Shown one piece after another: positions 1-9,351 of a stretch of DNA of 20,000 nucleotides. Both the position numbers and the translations under genes were made by a program. Within the stretch, counting starts at the first letter, position 1. Every line of letters starts with the position of its first letter. The notes beneath the pieces were generated by a model. That model was not told the DNA's origin and did not search any database. It saw only the letters and a list, made by a program, of their open reading frames with translations. The stretch comes from Rhizodiscina lignyota (Eukaryota), in NCBI GenBank assembly GCA_010015805.1, contig ML978127.1, positions 1,975,652 to 1,995,651 of the forward strand, read 5' to 3'.

Positions 1-466
1 ATTCGAGGGCCAGCGTGAGTGAAACACACATGATTTGCCGGGCGAAGGCGAATGTGCGGGCTGTGTGGATGGCGGCCTCCTCGTCGTCCTCGTCGCCATC
101 CTGCGATTCGACGTCGATATCGGCCATTGTGTCGGCGTTGAACTCTTGCTCAAGCATGGCTGCGCGCGTCGCCCATGGCGAGAAAGATTGTGCGCGACAC
201 TCTGGGCAGTCCATTTTAAGAGCGAGGAACAGCTCCCCGCAGCAATCGACGTGGAGGTAGTGGCCACATGGGAGGGTCGTGACCAAGTCGCTTTCCTCGT
301 AGTCGACGAGACAGATGCCGCAGTGGGCATCTCGCCATGCGCCATACTGTGGCTTGAAGTCCGTCGACACCACCGTGACCGGCAGGGAGTTGATGAGAGC
401 CTGCTTGATAGGGAAGTAGGTGAGGTGGGGGTTTGCGAGATGTTCCTCGAGAGTGTGATACACCAT
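1..466 (-). CDS. RING-H2 zinc-finger protein (putative E3 ubiquitin ligase), 3' end outside window
   Basis: ATG at 466 in caaaATGG context; frame open to the window edge. Hand translation MVYHTLEEHLANPHLTYFPIKQALINSLPVTVV...HCGICLVDYEESDLVTTLPCGHYLHVDCCGELFLALKMDCPECRAQ... fits the C3H2C3 RING-H2 pattern, followed by an acidic stretch (DGDEDDEE). Not in the ORF track because there is no stop in the window. Confidence 0.85.
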   Translation of the reverse strand, partial: MVYHTLEEHLANPHLTYFPIKQALINSLPVTVVSTDFKPQYGAWRDAHCGICLVDYEESDLVTTLPCGHYLHVDCCGELFLALKMDCPECRAQSFSPWATRAAMLEQEFNADTMADIDVESQDGDEDDEEAAIHTARTFAFARQIMCVSLTLALE

Positions 467-1832
467 TTTGACAATATGTGTCTGACGAGATGTGTTAGTA
501 CGATGCGTCGATATGATGTTCTGATTAGCTATGTTGGGACGTACTATATGATCGCGAGATGAGATGTTTCAAAGTTTAGAGTTTGAACGTGTGCGATATG
601 TCTGAGACTTGGTATCGGACAGTGGAGATTTTTGTTTCATGGATAGTAGGAGAGAAGAGGAGGCAGAGGACAGGCAAATATACTCTGGACCATTGACTGT
701 GTTGATGAGATTTGGAATTCCAGTCCGCTAAAGCCAATCGGAATGATTCCTTTGCATACAACAGTGCGAACTAGAGATCAGGAGGCCCGGACCAATCCAT
801 AGAGCAATCGTGCACAATGAAATTTCGGAATGAGTGGTGATGAACCAGAGAAGAAAGTCTCAACGATTTGGCCGTTGAGCACCGTTAGGCACGGCCACCG
901 ACCTGATTGGCACCGAAGAAACCGAACCAAACTTGCCCTACCTGCAGAAACACAAGACTTGATTTATTGGTTCAGAGATGACCGTTGGAACATGTAGCTT
1001 TGTGAATCCGTTGATTGTGACAGAAGCTCCAATACGAGGCGCGCTTAATGCAAATGCCACAAGAAAATCAAATCAGACATTCTCCAGCACAGTCAGTTAT
1101 TACACATTGAAACCCCATTGGAAAGCATTAAGATGAGCTAAAAGTAAGAAAATATTGGACAGCGTAGAAGAAGGATGACGTCGAACAAGTTCATCAAGAG
1201 ATGTGATGTTAAGGATAGCCGGCTCAAGGTTGGCTGAATCTCGGGGAAATGACGGCCATGAGGAGGGCCGTCGAAATCTTCCTCGTTGGCCTGAGGTGAG
1301 AAGAATCTGCCCCTACAATCGAACATCTTCTTAGTATGTAAGACCGCAGATGCAAATCATGACTGAGTTCTTGCTCTCCTGTCAATAATGGCAGGCGTTC
1401 AGTTGTGAGTCGACCAATTTCATCCAAAATTCTTAAGTGCTTCGAAATATGATCGTGCCCAGTCCTAAATTGTTTCAACCCCATATGATCTTGCGATGAT
1501 TTGACTGAGCATATATTGATATTCATATCATATTCTTTATCTATTCAATGGCTCTCAGAGGAGGAGGTACGCTGACGAGAATAGAGAACTCCACAAAAAT
1601 CTAGATGCTAATTCACCATCTCGCTCTCTATATCGAGATATCTGTCTCTTGAGTCTCCCGATGACTCCAATGCAGTGGTGATCGATCACAGCGCTACTGA
1701 GCCATCTCTAGACGCTCCCCCCGCCGCTTGCCCCTCCCGAGTAGAACTTCCCCACGTCCTTAGAGCATGTCTGCGTGCTCATTTTGATCGACACAGCCAC
1801 AGATGCCGTTATATCGTCCACCTCACACAAGT

Positions 1833-3212
1833 CTAAAAGACAATAGCGCCACCTACAAAAACCAATCGTTAACTTCGTCCCACAAATTTCCTCCCTCCGT
1901 CACAAATTAAAACGGCCCACACTCACCATCAACAACCAAATCTGCCCCATTCATATAGCTCCCCGCCCCACTACATAGCAGCACAATCGGGCCCTGCAGT
2001 TCCTGCGGCGAGCCCATCCTACCCATCGGATTGCGCGCGGCCCACGCGTTTCGTGCATTCTCGAGTCCAGCGCCCTCGTTGAGGATCGTGTCCATGTAGC
2101 CGGGCGAGATGGAGTTGACACGGATGCCATAGCTCGCCCATTCGGCGGCGAGACAATGCGCGAGGTGCACGACACCGGCTTTCGAGACGTTGTAGGCCAC
2201 TTGGGGCTGCGGGTAGTTGACGCGGTGGGCGGATATTGCTGCGGGAAGTTAAGATTCTGTGCAGTAGATTTAGGTGAGTTTGAAAACTTACAGGCGATGA
2301 GAACGATGGAGCCGCCACGACCGTGCTCTTTCATGCTTCTGGAAATATGTCAGATACTTCCTGTAACAATAGGCTGTTCAGCCAATCTCGTGGGTTGGCT
2401 TCAACTCCCACGAGGGGATAATGATAGGCATTAGCAACGCTGTCGTCACATAATTTGCTCAAGTCATGTGGGTGTCTCCTCCGTCATGCTCTGCAGTTGG
2501 AGTCCAAACTTCTCCGACTGCTGGGTTAGAATGGTCAATGGATGGCTTGGTGAGCCTGGCTCTCCACAGGCTTGATATTGCAAGTAAACCAGCCATTAAA
2601 TAGCAAAGAAAAGAACCATACCTTGCAGCAGCCTGCGCACACAGAAATGCCCCTGAACAATTCACATCCATCGCCTTCCTCCACTGCTCGTGGGACATAT
2701 CCATTGCATGCGTGCACCCCACAACGCCCGCAAAGCAGCAGAGCATATCAATGCCGCCGAGCTCTTCAGCACTCTCCCCGAACGCAGTGGCAACGCTCTC
2801 CGCATTCGTCACATCAACTGCCTTGGCGATGATCTTGGCCTCTGGAAACTCTTTCCTCAAGTCTGCCGCTGCGTCGGACGCTTGAACGGCGTTCACATCG
2901 AGCAATGCCAGTCCAGCGGCGCCGTGCTCGAGGAGTGCTTTAGCGGCTTCGAGGGCGAGGGTGCCGCCGCCACCGGTTACTGTTCATTGAAATTGTAAAT
3001 TGAGTGGCATGTGGAGTCATTGTGAGACATGTGGACATACTGACTGCATTTCCTTCGACGGCGAATCTCAGTGTCGCGCGACCTTCGGGGTTGAGATAGT
3101 GGGGGAAAGGAGCAGGAGGCCCAGTCATAGACGATGCTGAGCCATCTGAGAGTTTCATCTCGGGGAGGATGCGATTGACCAGGCCATTTCTGTCATCCGT
3201 AGCTGGTGCCAT
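1833..3212 (-). CDS. Short-chain dehydrogenase/reductase, D-arabinitol 2-dehydrogenase / sorbose reductase-like
   Basis: Exons 3212-3041, 2979-2622, 2338-2292, 2238-1927, 1852-1833 joined by GT..AG introns. Spliced protein has the ITGGGGTLA Rossmann motif, LLDV (acidic residue suggests NAD preference), SIVLIASIS, PQPQVAYNVSK (YxxxK), IRVNSISPGYMDT and VVDGGAIVF*. Confidence 0.9.
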
Positions 3213-3999
3213 TATGAAAGCGAAGGTGGTAGGCTGGAGTTAGTATTCGTACTCCGTATAGCTCGCAAGGTAGGAAAACACGGATTGGGTCAATTGGTGT
3301 CACTCGAGCACTATGTACGACTGAGATGAAGAGTGATATATATCGCAATAAATTTTATTCGAGCTATATGCAAGATGACAAAGACTGCAGCGCCCCTTCC
3401 ACATGTGTGGATTTTCTCTGGACATCACGTCACATGCTTTACGATTGGCATCGGCTCACAGCAATCCGAAAATTATGGGCCCTTCAACCATCCTACAACT
3501 TCAGGGAAGGGACGGGAACACAAGGAATACTCTTCAGTGGTGGAAAGGGGGAACGAAAGCTGCGAATGGGGTGGTGCAACGAATGGGCTGACGTCGAATT
3601 CGGAAAGGGTCGCCCTGACCCAAAGGGAAAGCTTGGCGTGACTGATCTGTAAGACTACTTAGGACGGCGCACGACATAAATTTCGTGAGTACTTCTCTGT
3701 GATTTTGAGATCCTGAATCGTCGACATAATGTCAACAGCCTATGGCTAGACCTGGACTGAAGAGTCTCCTATTAGCCAAATGCACCTTGATGAAGAAAAT
3801 AGTGTTAAGAAAACAAAAGCCTGAGAATTGAAACCTCGACTGATATACCTGACCGCCTCATAGCAGACATGTAATGTCCAAAGAGGTGAGTCCAAAATGG
3901 TAACGCGGGCAGGCTTCAAAGATGTCTCCACGACAAACCACAGGAAACCATGCGCTTCAATCAGCCCTTCCATCCGAGCAATGGCCATCCAGAATGCGA

Positions 4000-5009
4000 T
4001 CAGTCATCCTCATTCTCGCCAGCTTGGTAAATGTGGCGAGTGCGCGTAGCGTCTTTGCGCATTGCTTGGCCGGAACCTGTGAAGCCAACTACAGATCCGT
4101 TAGTGGTAACCAAACAAGGTTTGGGGATGTTAGGACCAACTGACCTCGAGCGTTCACCCCTTCACCAGTCCTGAACATGCTCTCCTTCTTCTTGCCGAAC
4201 TTGCCGACTTTGCCCTTTGAAGAGAATTCCTGCCACTTGTTCTTTCCCGCCTCCAGCTCCTTGCCGGCCTTGACCTTGCGCGCGACCTTTGCTGGCCTGG
4301 CTGGGCCGTCGCTCACCTTGCTCGGCTCCTTCTTGGCCTGGTTCGCGAGCTCAGGATTGATGTTCGCAACGGCAGAGATGACGGTAGAGTTGGTCGGAGT
4401 TGGGGGTGCGGGAGACGGCGATGCGACAACAGAGCCGTCGGCCTTGCGCTTCGTTCCGCTGTTCTGAGCTAGCGGTTTGATATCTGCTGCGCCCACTTTC
4501 TCATGGTCTCCGTAGCCTCTGAACGTGACGTAGTAGACTGGCGATGCCTTGGAACCAGTGATGGAGTTGATGGTGGCCGGGTAGAACTTCTTGTCGCCGG
4601 TGACCCATTTCGCGAGCACCGAGTCGTTCACCTTGTACGTGACAGGCGCCTCTGCATCAGTCGGGCTCTGAGGTGCGATGGGCTTGCGGAAGCCCGGCTG
4701 GAAGGCAGGGTGGTTTTCCTTCGACCACTTCGGCTTCTCCTCTGGCTCGGCTGGCGTGGACGACTCTGGAGCTGGAGCTGGTTTTAGTTCTGCGATTTGC
4801 TGTTCGAGGAGGGAGATGACTTCTTCGACTTCGGACTTGAGGGCAGCCAGAGCAGCATTGTCTGGGTCATGCTTGAGGCCCTCTTGTGCTGCTTCAAGCT
4901 GTGTGGAGGAGGTGGTTAGCTAACACTGTGCATGCACGCGCGCAGAACAACCAACCTGCTGCTGGTACTCCTTCAACTCCTCCTCGGCCTGCGCAAGACT
5001 GCTACCCAT
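4000..5009 (-). CDS. SPF30: Tudor-domain splicing factor SPF30/SMNDC1 homolog
   Basis: Exons 5009-4956, 4898-4145, 4088-4000. N-terminus LKEYQQQLEAAQEGLKHDPDNAALAALKSEVEEVI, Tudor core VLAKWVTGDKKFYPATI...YYVTFRGYG, and the characteristic C-terminus KNKWQEF...SMFRTGEGVNARVGFTGSGQAM. Confidence 0.88.
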
Positions 5010-5813
5010 GGCTGTTTAGTGAGACTCTCGCTGTCGCTTGAGGTTTCGATGATACGTTACCCTAGGAGAGACAGGCAGGGTGAGATGTCGTCACTCGTGG
5101 CTGAACTTGGTGCGAAGGATGCGGACGGAAGAGCTCTAACGCAGGTGCGTGTTGGATGGCGTTGCGTGTAGAGGATAAGCGCTGCTATTTTCGACCCGGT
5201 CTAGTCGCGGCAAGCTCCGGCCACGCACGAAAGCCGGAGATCACGTGGAGCAGCTCGGCGTCGGAAATGGGAGCGTTAAAACGGCGACAACGTGGGGTCG
5301 CGGGTACTTCGCTCTCAGGTACAAAGACGCGGCACAGATCCACGCCCTTGACGTGCCTGGCAAGCCCGCCAATGCGCGCTCTCCAATCGCCGTCCGCGTG
5401 GCTATGTTGCTCTACAGAAAGTCGCACTGCTACATAAGGTAGGATGACTGCCACCTCCAGTCAATGCGGGTTCTGCGCCTCCTGGGCGAGCAGTCGCTAC
5501 CATCTCCCAAAGCATGCCAATTCATCGCACTTGCAGAGATGCCCCCAATCGTCGCGACGAGCGAGACACGCTGCGTGTGAAGCGCTCGCTGGCTGTGCTC
5601 ACGCTCAGTCAATCTGCTCACGCTCTAAGATCGGGGAATATCCATGGATCGCGCTCGCCGCTTTAAGGGCGTGGTGCATTTGTCAGATAGCACTTCCTCC
5701 CCGTTCTTTCTCTGGCCATTTAGCCACCGCGCTCTCACACCCTTCCACCACCTGGTCTGCAGACACTCCGACTCGTCCCTCCGTCGAATGAGCAGTGACG
5801 CCGTGAGGCCAGA

Positions 5814-5822
5814 TTGACTCAA
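5814..5822. promoter_or_regulatory. AP-1/Gcn4(CpcA)-type site TTGACTCAA in the SPF30-yap1 divergent promoter
   Basis: Exact TGACTCA core at 5815-5821 with symmetric flanks; a second bZIP-like palindrome TTGCGCAA lies at 5865-5872. Function is inferred only. Confidence 0.35.
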
Positions 5823-6090
5823 AGAATTCCTGCGAACTCAGGGTCCGAGACGTCGTCGGGCAGATTGCGCAAAGCGTGCCGTTGCAAGGCCCGCAAAGCC
5901 GCCCACCACCTGATCTGCACGCTTACTACTGGCGTCGCAGAAACACCGCCTGCACTCCTCGCTCCCTCCTACTTTTGCCATCTTCAAGCACGCCCTCTGT
6001 CGCCATCGCAACTACACCTCTGACACCGCTTGACTTGGGCATTTTTTCGACGCTTGTGGACGAGTGGCAAGACTCACGCTCGACCGCTGG

Positions 6091-6354
6091 GTACGTTCCC
6101 AACCTCCGCTGCACACTCTGCCCTCCGCTTGCCCCCCTCTCGTGTTCTAGACCTCGCATCCCCCCGACTGTTAGAAATACTCGTTCCTCTCAATTTTCCC
6201 AACCTGTGAACTTCGTCAAAAGCCTGCATCTACGTCATTCGCTTTGTTCGAGCGATTGTCGTCGTGCTCGCCTTGACACGCCTCTACCCCGCCGTTGAGC
6301 GCTTTTCCTGATAACCAACAAGCGACGAACCACTAACGCCAATCCGTCACACAG
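6091..6354 (+). other. Probable 5'UTR intron of yap1 (264 nt)
   Basis: Donor G|GTACGT at 6091, pyrimidine-rich body, branch ACTAAC near 6332, acceptor ACACAG ending at 6354, 97 nt before the ATG at 6452. Confidence 0.65.
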
Positions 6355-6451
6355 ACCATCTCATTCATCAAAAAAACCCACTCGAACCATCTGTACACCT
6401 ACCGCCCTCGACATTGACGCTAGCCTGACCGACTCGACGGTGTGATACAAG

Positions 6452-8525
6452 ATGGCGGGGGCATCCGGTAACGGCAATCAGTTCAATCCTCACTCGTATC
6501 TCTCTGCGAACCAGCAAGACCTTCTCCTCGCTGCGCTCTCCTCGAACATGGCCGGCAGTAAAAATCAATTTTCCGCCTCGAATCCTGACCTCACCAACAT
6601 GAATGGCCAGGCTCAGCAGCAATTTAGTGGTGTTGACCCATCCTTCTTCACATCTCCTCAACAGAATGGATCATTATCCACCTTCGACGCTTTCGGTGTT
6701 GATGTTGATGACAGCCCATATCTCGACTTTGCCGATGGCGACCAAAACTTTGATTTTGGTGAGTACGAGAATGACGATGAGATGATCGGCCCACTGCCTG
6801 GCGAAGACGAGATCCACGACAAGCGAAAGAGCCCAGATGGTGGAGATCGACCGGAGTCCGAGAATGGCGCGAAGCGTCAGGAAGGGGAGGACAAGCAGGC
6901 AAAGAAGCCTGGCAGGAAGCCGTTGACGTCTGAGCCTACTACTGTAAATCTCACCAGAACCATTCATGACATCCTCTTCAGCCACTAATCAGTTGCAACA
7001 GAAGCGCAAGGCGCAAAATCGTGCAGCACAGCGAGCATTCCGTGAACGCAAGGAGAGGCACCTGAAAGATCTGGAGACCAAGGTGGCCGATCTTGAGAAG
7101 CAATCCGAGGCCGAGAAGCATGAGAATGGTCTGCTACGTGCCCAGGTCGAGCGGCTTCAGACTGAGCTTCGTGAATACCGCAAGCGCCTCTCCCTTAACA
7201 GTGGTCGCCTTAGCAACTCGCCCCCCGTTGGTGGCTACTCCTCGTATCTTGCCAATCTCGCGAGCCAGGCCAAGGGTAACAACAATAACAATAACAACAA
7301 CAACAACAATAACAATGGCAACAACTTCCAGTTTGAGTTCCCTCGATTTGGCGGTCTTCCTGGAGCTCACATCTTCAATAACGGCGCACTCGGAAAGCAT
7401 GAGAACAAGTCTGCCCCGGATGTGTCGAAGGCGTCCTCCAATGGTGTCTTGACCCGCACTGGCAGTACTAATGGCCGCAGCGTCAGCCCAAAGAGCCAGA
7501 CAAATGGCACAGCATCAGCTGCTCAGTCTCCAGGAAAGAATGCCATTGATCCTGCTACTGGACTGTTCAATGCGAACGGCACATCAATGCCTGCTGAGCA
7601 AGGCGTCGGTCGCTCCAGCACCGATAGCTCGTCTGCGCGCTCACGAATCTTCCAGTTTAACAGCGGCTCAACCCCCAGCAACAGCGACTCCCCTTCGGCG
7701 TCATCGACGTCGCAATTCGGCGGTGCCAACTCGTCATGTGGCACATCCCCCGAGCCGAGCCACAACTCGCCATCGAACAAGGCTGATGGTAATCTTGACG
7801 TTGTCAATGAGAAGGGTTATGTCTGCTATGGGAACTCGGAAGGTGAGATCAGCTTTTGCGAGAAGCTCAACATGGCCTGTGGCAATCCTCGGAATCCCGT
7901 TCCTCGTGCGAAGTCTCACTCTGACGGCACGCCAGCTCCCGCCAAAACACCTGCTGCTGCCGCAAAGACACCCGCCGCCGACCTCAACGGCATCGATTGG
8001 ATGGCCAACCAGAACGGTGGCCAGTTCGACCCGGCTCTCTTTGGAGACTACCGTGAGTCCACCGCTGCGATCGTTGGAGATGGCGATTTCACGGGTGGCT
8101 TCTTCAACGATGCCTTCCCCATGCCAGACTTCGGTAGTCCGTTCAATGTTGGCGAGACGCCGGCGATCCAGAAGGCGAACCCGATAGAAGAGATTGAGCG
8201 TCTCCAAGATGGCGCTGGCGGCGAAGACGATGAGGTCGTTCCTGCCGACGATATGACCCAAATGCTTAGCTGCCATAAGATCTGGTATGTCCAACACCCT
8301 TCTGCAACGCGTGCTTTGAACATGTCTATTGACGTCGGTCGTCCTTTTAGGGATAAGCTGCAGCAAAACCCCGAGTTCAAGGAAGGCTCCTTTGACATTG
8401 ACGGGCTCTGTTCTGAACTCCGCGCTAAGGCTCGCTGTTCTGAGAGTGGTGTTGTTGTCGATCAGAAGGATGTTGACGAGGCTCTTAAGCGGCTGCCGCA
8501 GCAGAACAAGCCTCAGCAGGTCTAA
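6452..8525 (+). CDS. yap1: Redox-sensing AP-1-like bZIP transcription factor (Yap1/Pap1/NapA ortholog)
   Basis: Exons 6452-6943, 7002-8284, 8351-8525. Motifs: LSANQQDLLLAAL; basic region KKPGRKPLTSEPTT|KRKAQNRAAQRAFRERKERHLKDLE plus leucine zipper; n-CRD SFCEKLNMACG; c-CRD MLSCHKIW|DKLQ...FDIDGLCSELRAKARCSE. Confidence 0.96.
7278..7316 (+). repeat. (AAC/AAT)13 trinucleotide repeat encoding poly-Asn in Yap1
   Basis: aac aac aat aac aat aac aac aac aac aac aat aac aat, in frame downstream of the bZIP. Confidence 0.95.
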
Positions 8526-8624
8526 TGTCTTTCATGCTCTCACAATCACGGATGGCGTTTCCCGATCCATGACTACGGCGTCATCGGAATGAAATGTGCT
8601 TGATGGTTTTCTTTCAATTCGATT

Positions 8625-8648
8625 CAATGCAATGCAATGCAATGCAAT
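8625..8648 (+). repeat. (CAATG)4+CAAT pentanucleotide repeat in the yap1 3' region
   Basis: caatgcaatgcaatgcaatgcaat, 100 nt after the yap1 stop. Confidence 0.9.
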
Positions 8649-9351
8649 TCACGTTTGGTCGGAGGATTTTGAGTTAATGGCAAATGCATACACCAAAAGG
8701 GACGCGATACGCTCGCTTGGCGAATCTGGGTTCTCTAAACTGATGCTTTTTCATGCAATGCATGGTACAATACAAACTTTTTTCTTCTTCTTCACGGAGG
8801 GGGTTCCGCCTGAGGACCGCTCGGCGACTGTCATTTCAGGAGTTGTATCTTCTGCTGGGGGTTCTTTTGCTTTCTTTTTTTGGCTTTGCTTGACAAACTC
8901 CTCTTACGGTTAACGATTGGCAATGTCTCTTAGGCAATGCAGGTTTTGATACCACCTAAAATTTTATTTTGTGATATAGGATTAATATTGCCCATGCAAT
9001 GAAGTCTTCATTTGGATGAAACATAATTGATTTGACCGCCTACTCAATGAGTGTACTGGTAGTGCAGATAATTTAGCCGGACGGGAGGACTTTTGACTAC
9101 TCTCCAAGCCTTCTAACTGATTCCAAAATCAACCCATCGAGGAGTTTCTGTATGTATGTGGAGGGTGGACACCAGCCAATTAAATGCAAATCACGAGCTG
9201 CAGGCGAATAACATAGAGCGATCAGGTTTTGTGCTCAAGCAAGACTTCCTTTCCAGAGCTATACCCCCATTTTGCGCCGACCAGTGCAAATGGTATATGA
9301 TCTACAATTCTACAAGAGCAAACCGAAACCACTACTCTGCTACCAGCGGAA

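Noticed and set aside
15..562. + strand ORFs of 81 and 175 aa
   Set aside because: Antisense shadows of the RING-H2 gene; no protein-like features.
1138..1526. Minus-strand ORFs of 62 and 100 aa
   Set aside because: AT-rich intergenic composition, no codon bias or motifs.
2339..2621. TPP riboswitch, HDV-like ribozyme or stwintron in SDR intron 2
   Set aside because: No CUGAGA TPP core; CCCTCGTGGG resembles an HDV L3 loop but P1/P3 pairings could not be built; excising the internal intron does not regenerate a frame-compatible donor.
6985..7001. Alternative in-frame acceptor at 6992 adding LQQ to the Yap1 basic region
   Set aside because: It abuts the CTAAT branch point, probably too close to be used, and the distal CAG gives the conserved PTT|KRKAQNR junction.
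7093..8398. Long overlapping and antisense ORFs (up to 238 aa) within yap1
   Set aside because: Expected by-products of GC-rich codon bias; no recognisable domains.
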